Shown piece after piece: positions 29,483-39,500 of a stretch of DNA of 64,000 nt. Within the stretch, counting starts at the first letter, position 1; each line of letters starts with the position of its first letter. Both the position numbers and the translations under genes were made by a program. Location of the stretch: positions 1-64,000 of the forward strand of contig JBGAML010000015.1 of NCBI GenBank assembly GCA_044223005.1. Reading direction: 5' to 3'. The notes beneath the pieces were generated by a model, which was given only the letters and a program-made list of their open reading frames with translations, was not told the origin of the DNA and searched no databases. The stretch is from Candidatus Eiseniibacteriota bacterium (GTDB taxonomy: Bacteria; Eisenbacteria; RBG-16-71-46).

Positions 29483-30658
29483 GTGCGATCCGTCCTGACC
29501 CCACGTCTCGGGCTGCTGGCGCTCGGCCACTTCACGATCGATTCCTACTCGAGCTTCTACCTGCCGCTGCTGCCGCTGCTGATGCACCGGCTGGGGCTCA
29601 ACTACGCCATGGTCGGCGGGCTCGTGGCGCTGGGGTCGATGTCGTCGTCGTTCTCGCAGCCGCTCTTCGGGCTGCTCTCCGACCGGCTGGCGCGGCCGTG
29701 GTTCGTCGCGCTCGGCCCGCTCGTGGCCGCGGTGTTCCTTTCGGCGATCGGCGCGGCGCCGAGCTACGCGGCCCTCGTCACGCTGCTCGTGCTCGGCGGC
29801 GTCGGCGTCGCGGCCTTCCATCCGCAGACCGCGTCGCTGGCGGGGGCGTCGTCGCCACGGCGCGGGATCGCCATGTCGCTCTGGATCACCGGCGGCACGC
29901 TGGGATGGGCACTCGGGCCGATGCTCGCCACGGCGACGGTGCGCGGCTTCGGGTTGGAGCGCACGTACGTGGCCGCGATCCCGGGCGTGGTGCTCGGGCT
30001 CGTGCTGCTCGCGTGGCTGCGGCGCGTGCCGCCGCTGCCGCACCACGAGCGCACGGTGACGCGGCCGTCGGACCTGCGCCCGGTGGCGCGGCCGCTCGCG
30101 CTGCTCTACTTCGTCGTCGTCATCCGCTCCGCGGTCTCGTCCGGGTTCGCGACGTTCCTGCCGCTCTACGTGCACGAGAAGGGCTGGACGGTCGAGGCGG
30201 GCGGCATGCTCACCACGGCGTACCTCACGGCGGGCGCGCTCGGCGGCTTCGCGGGCGGATGGCTCGCCGACCGCGCGGGCGGCCTGCGCGTGGTGCGCGG
30301 TTCGTTCCTGCTCGCGCTGCCGTTCTACGCCGCGTTCTTCCTGCTGCCGCTCGGCCCCGGGCTCGTGGCGCTGATCGCGGGCTACGCCATCCTGCAGGCG
30401 ACGCTGCCCGTGAACGTCGTGCTCGGGCAGGAACTCGCGCCGCGGCACGCGTCGGCCATCTCGAGCCTGCTCATGGGTGCTGCGTGGGGCGTGGGCGCAC
30501 TGCTCGTGGGCCCGATCGGGGCTCTCGCCGACCAGGCCGGGCTGCGCGTCGCGCTGATGGCGCTCAGTGCGCTCATCGTGCCGGGACTCGCCGGGGCGAT
30601 CGCGCTGCCCGCCCGCGAGTTCGAACCCGCGGTTCGAGAGGCCCGCGCTCGCGTTTGA
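29483..30658 (+). CDS. MFS transporter (Fsr-like)
   Basis: GHFTID, QPLFGLLSDR, AAFHP, GGWLADRAG; about 12 TM; start approximate. Confidence 0.85.
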   Translation: MRSVLTPRLGLLALGHFTIDSYSSFYLPLLPLLMHRLGLNYAMVGGLVALGSMSSSFSQPLFGLLSDRLARPWFVALGPLVAAVFLSAIGAAPSYAALVTLLVLGGVGVAAFHPQTASLAGASSPRRGIAMSLWITGGTLGWALGPMLATATVRGFGLERTYVAAIPGVVLGLVLLAWLRRVPPLPHHERTVTRPSDLRPVARPLALLYFVVVIRSAVSSGFATFLPLYVHEKGWTVEAGGMLTTAYLTAGALGGFAGGWLADRAGGLRVVRGSFLLALPFYAAFFLLPLGPGLVALIAGYAILQATLPVNVVLGQELAPRHASAISSLLMGAAWGVGALLVGPIGALADQAGLRVALMALSALIVPGLAGAIALPAREFEPAVREARARV

Positions 30659-30842
30659 TCCTATGGTGCATTCGTGAGGTGGGACCGAACGGTTTTCCGG
30701 CAAGGCCCGCGAAAATGTTCCGGCTTCGTGACTTCGGCGTTGTTCGCCCGCGGGTGGCCGGGATAACGTGTTCGCGTCGGGCTGCGTTCGAACGTCGCAG
30801 CCGAGTGTTCCCTCTCCGCTGCACCCCACAGGAGGTCCTCGC

Positions 30843-31508
30843 ATGCGCCTTGCTGCCTCGGTACTCGTCCTCGGACTCGCGCTGGCCCTCGCCGTTCCCG
30901 CGTCGGCCACGATGCAGCGCCACGGCGCCGTGTCCATGCCCGGGTTCTCGATCCAGAACACCCCGATGGGCGCCCTGGCGTTCGTCGGCTGCGACAACGG
31001 TTCGCCGTATTCGGGTTACTACCAGGCCGACGACGATCGGCTCGGCAACCTGTTCGACTTCGGCACCAGCTCGCGCCTCTCGAAGGTTTCGTTCGCGCAC
31101 TACGGCTTCGGGACGCCGGGTCCGTACAACTACGGCATCGACGTGTGGGATCCGACGAGCTGCACGCTCGTGAACGCGCGCAGCGGTCTCGTCGCGGGTG
31201 ACGCGGCGGCGGCCGTCGGCGTCGAGGACGTCGACTACTGCTCGTCGACGCTCGCGCTTTCGGGCGTCATGGTCGTCGCGCTGAACCCGAACTCGTGCAA
31301 CACGCCGACCGACTGCTACCCGGACCTGCTCTTCGACACGCAGCTCAACGTGTTCTGCCCGGTGGTCATCAACTCGGCCGAGTCGACCCCGGCGTGCTAC
31401 GACGTCAGCCCGTACAACGGGCCGTTCCTGCTCCGCGTCGAGATGGACAACTGCCCGACGCCCACGCAGAACAAGACGTGGGGGCAGCTGAAGTCGATCT
31501 ACCGCTGA
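30843..31508 (+). CDS. Secreted Cys-containing protein with C-terminal TWGQLKSIYR motif
   Basis: AGGAGG RBS, signal peptide ending ASA, C-terminus PTPTQNKTWGQLKSIYR. Confidence 0.8.
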   Translation: MRLAASVLVLGLALALAVPASATMQRHGAVSMPGFSIQNTPMGALAFVGCDNGSPYSGYYQADDDRLGNLFDFGTSSRLSKVSFAHYGFGTPGPYNYGIDVWDPTSCTLVNARSGLVAGDAAAAVGVEDVDYCSSTLALSGVMVVALNPNSCNTPTDCYPDLLFDTQLNVFCPVVINSAESTPACYDVSPYNGPFLLRVEMDNCPTPTQNKTWGQLKSIYR

Positions 31509-31521
31509 TGCGGGGCGTCGC

Positions 31522-33435
31522 GTGACGCTGCACGATTCCACGAACGGGGGAGGCCCGCTGCGGCGCGGCCTCCCCCGGTTCGCGTTCGCGTTGTTGCTGC
31601 TCGCGGCGTGCACGGGCCGCGTGTTCGCCGCGGCGCCGGCGGCCGGGCGGATCGTGCTCGTGAGCGTCGACGGCCTGCCCGCGGGGCGGGCGGGCGCATC
31701 GTCGCTGCCCGCGCTCGATGCGTTGGGACCGCACGCGGTCTCGGAGATCGCCGCGCCGGGACCGCTCGCGTTCCCGTGCGCCGCGACGCTGCTTACCGGC
31801 GCATCGCCATCGCGCACGGGCGTGCGCGACGAAATCTCGCGCGGCCTGCCGGCCACGGTGCCGACGCTCGCGGCCGCGCTGACATCGGCCGGCTGGCGTT
31901 CGCTCGCGCTGCCCGCCGACACGCGCATGCACGCCGGTACGGGCTTGGCGCGCGGCTTCACGCGCGGCGAGATGCGTTCGCCGGCCTGGAGCGACAGCGC
32001 GCGCGTCGACACGGCGCTCGCGTGGCTCGCGGAAGGTCCGCGGCGATTCGTGTGGATCGCCCTCAGCTTCGGCCCGCCGCCGGAGGCGTGGCGGCGCATG
32101 GACGGCATCGGACCCGCGGATCCGGCGGCCGCGACCGCACGTGCGCGCGAGATCGACGCCGCGCTCGCGCGGCTCGGTCGCGGGCTCGCGTCGCTGGGGC
32201 CCGTGACGTGGGTCGTCGTGGGCGGCGCGGCGCCGCCGCCGGCGGAAGCCGGCGCGGCCGACCGCCCCGTGCTGCTGGTGTGGAGCGCTCCGGCGCCCGC
32301 GCGGCCGCTCACGCGGCTCGAGGACGTGGCGCCCGCGCTCGCGGCCGCGGCCGGTGCGCGCCTGGCGCGCCCGGCGACGCCGCCGGCCGCGAGCGCCGCC
32401 GGCGAACTCGCGCGCACGATGGGCTCGCCCGCGCAGCCGGATTCCGCCCGCGCGCGCCTCGCGGCGCTGCGCGCGATCCTCGCCGAGGCCGAGCCCGAGA
32501 GCCTGCGGACGCAGGCGCTCAACCAGCTCCTCGCGCGTGCGCCCGACGCGCCTCGCGTCGCGCTCGAGCTCTCGCTGCAGCAGGCGCGCATCGGCCGCAA
32601 CCGGCTCGCCCTCGACCTGATGAAGGGCATGCTGCGCAAGTTCCCCGACTATCCCGAGGCGGCGATCGCGTACGCCGACCAGCTCACGCGGACGCGCGGT
32701 GAGGACCAGGTGCGCGCGGCGCTCGAACCGATCGCGCCGGACAGCCCGGCGGCCGCCGAGGCGGCGTGGCGATGGGCGATCGCGCTCGCGCGCCAGGAGG
32801 ACTTCGTCGCTGCGGAAGGCGCGGCCGATCGGGCTTCCGCGCTGGCCGTGCCGACGCCCGCGCTGCTCGGCGCCGCGCCCACGCTGCGGGAGCTGGGGCG
32901 GCGCAAGGAAACGGTGCGTCTCGCGCCCCAGGATTCGACGGCGCGGCTGGAGTACGCCGCCGCGCTCGCGGACTTCGGGCTCTACGATCCGGCGTACGCG
33001 CAGCTGCACGCGGCGCGGGGCCTCATGCCGCACAGCGCCGAGCCCGACTACCGCATGGCGAAGCTGCTGCTGGACCAGGGCCGCCCGCAGCACGCGGCGC
33101 CGACGCTGGAGCGCGGGCTGCAGCGGGACTCCACGCACGTCGCCTCGTGGATGCTGCTCGCGGACGCGCGGCTCGAGCTCGGGCGCACGCACGACGCGCG
33201 CGTGGCGCTCGAGCGCGGACTGGGCTCCGGCGCGCGCGTCGTCGACGCGCGGTCGCGCTACAACCTCGCGTGCCTGCGTGCCGCCGAGGGCGACGCGAGC
33301 GGTGCGTTCGCCGCTCTGGCGGGCGCGCTGGACGACGGCTGGAACGACAGCGCGCGTCTCGACGAGGATCCGGACCTCGCGGCGCTGCGGAGCGATCCGC
33401 GCTGGCCGGCGCTGCGGAGCCGCCTGCCGCGCTGA
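31522..33435 (+). CDS. Degenerate sulfatase/alkaline-phosphatase-fold domain fused to TPRs
   Basis: IVLVSVDGL, TLLTG..P..TGVRD, GLARGF; TPR repeats; YNLAC...DPDLAALRSDPRW end. Confidence 0.7.
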   Translation: MTLHDSTNGGGPLRRGLPRFAFALLLLAACTGRVFAAAPAAGRIVLVSVDGLPAGRAGASSLPALDALGPHAVSEIAAPGPLAFPCAATLLTGASPSRTGVRDEISRGLPATVPTLAAALTSAGWRSLALPADTRMHAGTGLARGFTRGEMRSPAWSDSARVDTALAWLAEGPRRFVWIALSFGPPPEAWRRMDGIGPADPAAATARAREIDAALARLGRGLASLGPVTWVVVGGAAPPPAEAGAADRPVLLVWSAPAPARPLTRLEDVAPALAAAAGARLARPATPPAASAAGELARTMGSPAQPDSARARLAALRAILAEAEPESLRTQALNQLLARAPDAPRVALELSLQQARIGRNRLALDLMKGMLRKFPDYPEAAIAYADQLTRTRGEDQVRAALEPIAPDSPAAAEAAWRWAIALARQEDFVAAEGAADRASALAVPTPALLGAAPTLRELGRRKETVRLAPQDSTARLEYAAALADFGLYDPAYAQLHAARGLMPHSAEPDYRMAKLLLDQGRPQHAAPTLERGLQRDSTHVASWMLLADARLELGRTHDARVALERGLGSGARVVDARSRYNLACLRAAEGDASGAFAALAGALDDGWNDSARLDEDPDLAALRSDPRWPALRSRLPR

Positions 33436-33448
33436 CGCGCGGAGACCT

Positions 33449-35437
33449 CTAGCGTGAGGCGAGCGCCGCGGGCGATTCCGCGGTGGCGCGGGGCGACGCG
33501 GGCGCGTCGTCCGCGGGGGCGCCGGCCAGCCAGCGCTCGGCCCAGCTCTGCAGCGACAGCACCGCCCAGAGCGTGCGGCCGCGATCCTCGCGGGCGTCGA
33601 GATGTTCGCGGAGCAGCTTCTGCACCGCGCGCGGATCGAGCACGCCGGCGCGCTCGACGCGGGCCGGGGCCAGCGCGTCCACGACGACGCCGCGCAGCGG
33701 GCCGCGGGCCCAGGCCGAGAACGGCGGCGAGAAGCCCTGCTTGCGGCGCGCGAGCAGGTCGGGCGGCAGCAGTGATTTCGCCGCCTGCTTGAGCGCCCAC
33801 TTGCCGGAGGTGCCGCGAAGCCGCGCGTTCTCGGGCAGGCCGAGTGCGAACTCGATCAGCGAGGCGCGCAGGAACGGGGCGCGCGATTCCACGCCGTGGG
33901 CCATGGTGCAGCGGTCGACCTTCGTGAGCAGGTCGCCCGACAGGTAGGTCTCGAAGTCGAGCAGCTGGTACGCCGTGAGCGGCACGCGGCCCGCCTTCGC
34001 GCCCAGGCCCATGTCCCCGAGCACGCCTTCGAGGTGGCGGGCGTGCTGCAGCGCCGCCGACTCGCCGGCCGCGGCGCGCAGGCCCGGCGCGAGCAGCGCG
34101 TTCGCTTCGTGCGCGCGCGCGGTGCCGAACCACGCGAGGTGGCGCTCGAAGGGCGAGAGCCCGCGCACGCCGAGGAAGCGTTCCACGAGGTGCGCGATCG
34201 TGACGTGGTGGTGCTTCGGCCGGAATCGCCGGGCGAGCGCGATCGCCACCGCGGCCACCGGACCCGGCACGTGCTCGGCGATGCCGGCGTGGCGATGGCC
34301 AAGGTAGGTGGGGTAGCCGCCGAAGAGCTCGTCGCCGCCCTCGCCGGTGAGCACGACCGGCACGTGCTCGGACGCGAGGCGCGCGAGCGCCCACGTGGGC
34401 AGCACGCTCGGATCGCCGAGCGGCTGGTCCATGCCGGCCGCCCACGCGTGGAAGGCTTCTTCGCCTTCGCGCGCGGTCATGACGAGCTCGTGGTGCTGCG
34501 AGCCGATCGAGTCGGCGACGCGCTTCGCGTAGCCCGATTCGTCGTAGCCGCGGTGCTCGATCCGCATGCTGAAGGTGGGGAACGCGTGGTGCAGGTGCCG
34601 GGCCGCGAGCGTCGCCACGAGTCCGGAATCGACGCCACCCGAGAGGAACACGCCGAACGGCACCTCGCCCGGCACGCGCGAGGCGACCGACGCGGCGAGC
34701 GCCTCGCGCGCGCGGGTGGGCGAGTCCTCGACCGTCGCGGTGGGCGTCCCGGCGAGCAGCGTGTCCCACGGCCGCCAGTACCGCCGCAGCGTTTCCTCGC
34801 CGTCGTGGACCACGAGCGTGTGGGCGGGCGGCAGCTGGTGCACGCCGGACCACGCGCTGTCGGCGCCGCAGAAGTAGCCGTGCACGAGGTAGCGCGCGAG
34901 CGCCGCCGCGTCGGGTTCGCGCGCGATCCACGGCAGCTCGACCAGTGCGCCGGGCTCGGAAGCGAAGGCGAGGCGTGAGCCGCGGCGGGCGACGAAGAGG
35001 GGCTTCTCGCCCGCGCGGTCGCGCGCGAGCGTCAGCGTGTGACGCGTGCGGTCCCACAGCGCGACGGCGAACATGCCGTCGAGCGCGGTGGCGAAGCCAT
35101 CGCCCCGCTCCTCGTAGAGGTGCGGCAGCGTCGCGGTGTCGGGGCCGTCGGGTACCACGTGACCGCGCGAGCGCAGCCCGTCCAGGAGTTCGTGGTGGTT
35201 GTAGAGCTCGCCGTTCGCGACGCCGACGACGTCGCCGGTCTCGCTCTCGAGCACGCGTGCCGGCTGGTTCGGTGCGACGATCGCGAGCCGGGCGATGCCG
35301 AGTGCGCAGGCGCCGCCGTCCCAGAGCGCCTCACCGGACGGACCGCGGTGGCGCATGCGGCGCACCATGCGGCCGACGAGCTCGAGGCGCTCGTGAGGCG
35401 CGAGATCCGGCGCGACGAGGCCAGCGATGCCGCACAT
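33449..35437 (-). CDS. asnB: Asparagine synthase (glutamine-hydrolysing)-family amidotransferase
   Basis: MCGIAG, NGELYN, GMFA, RDRAGEKPL, LSGGVDS, GEGGDELFGGY, KVDR, RKQGF. Confidence 0.92.
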   Translation of the reverse strand: MCGIAGLVAPDLAPHERLELVGRMVRRMRHRGPSGEALWDGGACALGIARLAIVAPNQPARVLESETGDVVGVANGELYNHHELLDGLRSRGHVVPDGPDTATLPHLYEERGDGFATALDGMFAVALWDRTRHTLTLARDRAGEKPLFVARRGSRLAFASEPGALVELPWIAREPDAAALARYLVHGYFCGADSAWSGVHQLPPAHTLVVHDGEETLRRYWRPWDTLLAGTPTATVEDSPTRAREALAASVASRVPGEVPFGVFLSGGVDSGLVATLAARHLHHAFPTFSMRIEHRGYDESGYAKRVADSIGSQHHELVMTAREGEEAFHAWAAGMDQPLGDPSVLPTWALARLASEHVPVVLTGEGGDELFGGYPTYLGHRHAGIAEHVPGPVAAVAIALARRFRPKHHHVTIAHLVERFLGVRGLSPFERHLAWFGTARAHEANALLAPGLRAAAGESAALQHARHLEGVLGDMGLGAKAGRVPLTAYQLLDFETYLSGDLLTKVDRCTMAHGVESRAPFLRASLIEFALGLPENARLRGTSGKWALKQAAKSLLPPDLLARRKQGFSPPFSAWARGPLRGVVVDALAPARVERAGVLDPRAVQKLLREHLDAREDRGRTLWAVLSLQSWAERWLAGAPADDAPASPRATAESPAALASR

Positions 35438-35464
35438 GAGACTCGGGATCTCCCGGGGAAGCGG

Positions 35465-36877
35465 TCAGCGCGAGACGCGGAAGGCCGCGAAGCGCGAGTC
35501 CAGGTGTTCGGGTCGGGCCGGTGTTCCGGCCGCGGCGCGGTTCGCGGGGACGACGCGCCAGTCCGCGGCGGGCACCGCGGCGAGCGAGTCGCGCAACCGC
35601 CACATTCCGCGCGCACGGAGGTGGTCGCGATACCGCACGACGTAGTTGCTGGTCAGCTCGTGTCCATCGTCCGAAACGACTTCGGACGTGCGTCCCAGCA
35701 GGTAATCCGACCCGGGACTATAGCAATGTTCGTACACGACTGTCCCGCCGCCCGCCCGGGTGATTTCGCCCGCCAGCGGGGCCCCCGATTGCGAGATCGC
35801 ATACGGCACCAGCCAGTGCGCGCCCGCGACGAGCAGCAGCGGCGCGAATGCCAGGGCCGCGTACAGCGGCTTCGGCAGCGCGGGGGCTCGCCGGCCCCAG
35901 CACTCGGCGGCCCACCAGGCCAGGGCCGGAACGGCCGGGAGCAGGTAGGTGACCAGCTTGGAATGCGAAATCGTGAAGAAGACCGTGGCGAAGAGCACGA
36001 ACGCCGTCGCGACCCGCGAGGCCACCGACCGGGGCCAGCGCCACGGGGTGACGAGCGACCACGGCAGCGCGCCGCCGGCGAAGACGGCCGGCACGAACCA
36101 CGCGGGCTGCTCGCGCTTGAAGCCGCTCGTCGTCATGCGCTCGAGCGATTCCTCGAGGAACGCGTAGTGCGCGTATTCCGGGTGGCGGCGCAGCGCCAGC
36201 GCGAACCAGCCGCCGGCGAGCGCGAGGAGGATCGCCCACCCCGGCAGCCACGCGAGCCAGCCGAGCGGCCGGCGCGCGCGCAGCACGAGCGCCGCCGCGA
36301 GGCTGCCGCCGATCGCCCACGCGAGCATGACCGGTCCCTTGTCGAGCACGCCGAGCGCCACCGCGAGCCACATCGCCGCGCGCCGGGACGAGGTCGCCCC
36401 GTGTTCGAGTTCGGCGGCGAGGCCCGTCCAGACGACCGTGACGGCGAGCGCGAGCGGCATGTCGAAGATGACGTAAGCCGAGAGCACCGCGAAGAGCGGT
36501 GCGAAGGCCGTGAGGGCGACGACGCGCTCGGCGTGGCCCTCCGGCTCGAGCCGCCGCGCCGCACGCGCGAGCACGAGCAGCGTGGCGAGCGAGGCGAGGA
36601 TCGCCGGCAGCCGGGCGGCCAGCGGGACGTGGCCGAGCACGCGGATCGCGAGCGCGCCCGCTGCGAACAACAGCGGGGGCTTGTCGAGGTAGGGCATCCC
36701 CGCGAGGTGCGGGATCACCACGTCGCCGCTCACGGCCATCTCGCGCGCGACCTCGGCGTTCCGGCCCTCGTCGGGATCGACGAGCGGATAGCGCAGCGCG
36801 GTCCAGAACGAGAGTGCGACCGAGAGCACGAGCAGCAGGAGGATCCGGCGATCCGGACCGGGGCGGGCGGGCGTCAC
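35465..36877 (-). CDS. ArnT-like glycosyltransferase (GT83/GT39-type)
   Basis: DPDEGRNAEVAREM, YLDKPPL, ARLP, KGPV, SKLVTYLLP; start approximate. Confidence 0.87.
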   Translation of the reverse strand: MTPARPGPDRRILLLLVLSVALSFWTALRYPLVDPDEGRNAEVAREMAVSGDVVIPHLAGMPYLDKPPLLFAAGALAIRVLGHVPLAARLPAILASLATLLVLARAARRLEPEGHAERVVALTAFAPLFAVLSAYVIFDMPLALAVTVVWTGLAAELEHGATSSRRAAMWLAVALGVLDKGPVMLAWAIGGSLAAALVLRARRPLGWLAWLPGWAILLALAGGWFALALRRHPEYAHYAFLEESLERMTTSGFKREQPAWFVPAVFAGGALPWSLVTPWRWPRSVASRVATAFVLFATVFFTISHSKLVTYLLPAVPALAWWAAECWGRRAPALPKPLYAALAFAPLLLVAGAHWLVPYAISQSGAPLAGEITRAGGGTVVYEHCYSPGSDYLLGRTSEVVSDDGHELTSNYVVRYRDHLRARGMWRLRDSLAAVPAADWRVVPANRAAAGTPARPEHLDSRFAAFRVSR

Positions 36878-37087
36878 GCGGTCACGGTAGCACAGCCCGG
36901 AGGGTGCCCGGCCCCGGCGGGGGAGCGGCCGCGACGGCGGCAGTCTCGATCGAACGCGCACGGATTCCGGCCGCCGGTGCGCGCGCGTTCCACTTGCCTC
37001 GCCGGGACCCACGAGGTTTGATGCGCACGGACGATCGCCACGCCCGCCGCGGGGACGCGCGGGTGTCACTCCAACGAGGGAGACGGC

Positions 37088-37984
37088 ATGGACATCGGAT
37101 TCGTCGGTCTGGGACGCATGGGGTTCAACATGACGCTGCGCCTGCTGCGCGGCGGCCATCGCGTCGTCGCCTGGAACCGCAGCCCGGAGAAGGTGCAGGA
37201 GGCCGCGGCGCAGGGGGCCGTCGCCGCCGCGACCGTCGCCGACCTCGTGAAGGCGCTGCCCACCCCGCGGGTCGTGTGGATCATGCTCCCGGCGGGCGCC
37301 ACGACCGACGAGATGATCGAACAGCTGGTGCCCATGCTCGCGAAGGGCGATCTCGTCGTCGACGGCGGCAACACCAACTTCCACGACGACAAGCGCCGCG
37401 CCGCGCGTCTCGCCCCGGCGGGCATCGACTACGCCGACGTCGGCACGTCGGGCGGCATCTGGGGCCTGCAGAACGGCTACTGCATGATGGCGGGCGGATC
37501 CCAGGCGGCGATCGCACGACTGCGGCCCGCGCTCGACACGCTCGCGCCGCCGGACGGCTGGATGCACACGGGGCCGGTCGGCTCGGGGCACTTTTCCAAG
37601 ATGATCCACAACGGCATCGAGTACGGAATGATGCAGGCGTACGCGGAGGGCTTCGAGATCCTGCAGGCGAGCGAGTACGACTACGACCTCGCGAAGCTCT
37701 CCCACCTCTGGAACCAGGGCAGCGTGGTCCGCTCCTGGCTGCTCGAGCTGGCCGAACTGGCGTTCCAGAAGGACCCGAAGCTCGAGAAGATCCGCGGCTG
37801 GGTCGACGATTCCGGCGAAGGCCGCTGGACGGTGCTCGAGGCGATCGCGCACAACGTGCCGGCGGAGATCCTGACGCTGTCGCTGATGCGCCGGTTCCGC
37901 TCGCGCCAGCAGGACACGTTCACGGACCGCGTGCTGGCCGCGCTCCGCAACGAGTTCGGTGGCCATGCCGTGAAGGAGAAGTGA
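37088..37984 (+). CDS. gnd: 6-phosphogluconate dehydrogenase (decarboxylating, short type)
   Basis: GLGRMG, DGGN, GTSGG, KMIHNGIEYG, DSGEGRWT, LRNEFGGH. Confidence 0.95.
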   Translation: MDIGFVGLGRMGFNMTLRLLRGGHRVVAWNRSPEKVQEAAAQGAVAAATVADLVKALPTPRVVWIMLPAGATTDEMIEQLVPMLAKGDLVVDGGNTNFHDDKRRAARLAPAGIDYADVGTSGGIWGLQNGYCMMAGGSQAAIARLRPALDTLAPPDGWMHTGPVGSGHFSKMIHNGIEYGMMQAYAEGFEILQASEYDYDLAKLSHLWNQGSVVRSWLLELAELAFQKDPKLEKIRGWVDDSGEGRWTVLEAIAHNVPAEILTLSLMRRFRSRQQDTFTDRVLAALRNEFGGHAVKEK

Positions 37985-37991
37985 AGTGACG

Positions 37992-39500
37992 ATGCGCATC
38001 GCCGTGCCGGAAGGCATGCGCGCGACCTCGACCGCGATCGAGGCGCCCCCGTGCGTGTTCGTGATCTTCGGGGCGACCGGCGACCTCACGCGCCGCAAGC
38101 TCATGCCGGCGCTCTACAACCTCGCGGCCTGCGGATTCCTGCCGCCGAAGTTCGCGGCGGTCGGCTGCGCGCGCCGGGCGTGGAGCGAGGACGAGTTCCG
38201 CGCGCACATGCGGGACGGAGTGAAGGAGTTCTCTCGCAGCGGGATCAGCGACGCCGTGTGGGACGCCGTCGCGCCGGTGCTGGCCTACTCGTCCGGCGAT
38301 TTCTCGGACCCCGCCACTTACGTGCGGCTGAAGGCGCGCCTGGAGGCGCTCGACGCCGAACACGGCACCCAGGGCAACCGGGTATTCTACCTCGCGGTTC
38401 CGCCGGACGAGTTCGCGCCGATCCTCGACGGCCTGCGCGGCGCGGGGCTGATCGTGCCGCCGGGCGGACCGTCGTTCTCGCGCGTGATCATCGAGAAACC
38501 CTTCGGCCGCAGCCTCGACACCGCGCGCGAACTGAACGCGCTCGTCGCGAATACGCTCGACGAATCGCAGACGTTCCGCATCGATCACTATCTCGGCAAG
38601 GAGACGGTGCAGAACATCATGGTGTTCCGCTTCGCGAACAGCATGTTCGAGCCGCTCTGGAACCGGAAGTACGTCGACCACGTGCAGATCACGTCGGCGG
38701 AGACGGTCGGCGTCGGCACGCGTGGGAAGTTCTACGAATCGACGGGCGTGCTGCGCGACATCGTCCAGAACCACCTGCTCGAAGTGCTCACGCTGTGCGC
38801 GATGGAACCGCCCAACAGCGGTCACGCCGACGACGTGCGCGGCGAGAAGCTGAAGGTCCTGAAGGCACTGCGGCAGCCGTGGTCGGACACGGTGCCGAAC
38901 GACGTCGTACTGGGGCAGTACGAAGGGTACCGCCACGAGCCCGACGTGTCGCCCACGTCGCGCACCCCCACGTTCGCGGCGCTGCGCGTGTTCGTGGACA
39001 ACTGGCGCTGGCAGGGGGTGCCGTTCTACCTGCGCGCCGGCAAGCGCATGAAGTCGCGCGTCACCGAGGTGTCGTTCCACATGCAGGGCATCCCGCTCGC
39101 GCTCTTCGGCGACGCCAACGTGTGCGAGCACGTCGAGCCCAACGTCCTCACGCTGCGCATCCAGCCGGAAGAGGGCATCCAGCTCGCGTTCTCGTCCAAG
39201 CTGCCGGGACACGATTTCACGATCGCGCCGGTGGTGATGGACATGAAGTACGTCGAAGCCTTCGGCGGCGAACCGCCCGAGGCGTACGAGCGGCTCCTGC
39301 TCGACACGATGCGCGGCGACGCCACGTTGTTCTCGCGCCGTGACGCGGTCGAAGCGTCGTGGAACTGGATCCAGCCCGTGCTCGACTACTTCGACGCGAA
39401 CCGCGACCTGTCCCTGCCGTCGTACGGGCCGGACTCGTGGGGCCCTTCGGAGTCCGACCGGCTGATCCAGTCCGACCGGCGGATGTGGCGCAACCCGTGA
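37992..39500 (+). CDS. zwf: Glucose-6-phosphate 1-dehydrogenase
   Basis: GATGDL, EKPFG, RIDHYLGKE, RWQGVPFYLRAGK; start 37986 or 37992. Confidence 0.96.
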   Translation: MRIAVPEGMRATSTAIEAPPCVFVIFGATGDLTRRKLMPALYNLAACGFLPPKFAAVGCARRAWSEDEFRAHMRDGVKEFSRSGISDAVWDAVAPVLAYSSGDFSDPATYVRLKARLEALDAEHGTQGNRVFYLAVPPDEFAPILDGLRGAGLIVPPGGPSFSRVIIEKPFGRSLDTARELNALVANTLDESQTFRIDHYLGKETVQNIMVFRFANSMFEPLWNRKYVDHVQITSAETVGVGTRGKFYESTGVLRDIVQNHLLEVLTLCAMEPPNSGHADDVRGEKLKVLKALRQPWSDTVPNDVVLGQYEGYRHEPDVSPTSRTPTFAALRVFVDNWRWQGVPFYLRAGKRMKSRVTEVSFHMQGIPLALFGDANVCEHVEPNVLTLRIQPEEGIQLAFSSKLPGHDFTIAPVVMDMKYVEAFGGEPPEAYERLLLDTMRGDATLFSRRDAVEASWNWIQPVLDYFDANRDLSLPSYGPDSWGPSESDRLIQSDRRMWRNP

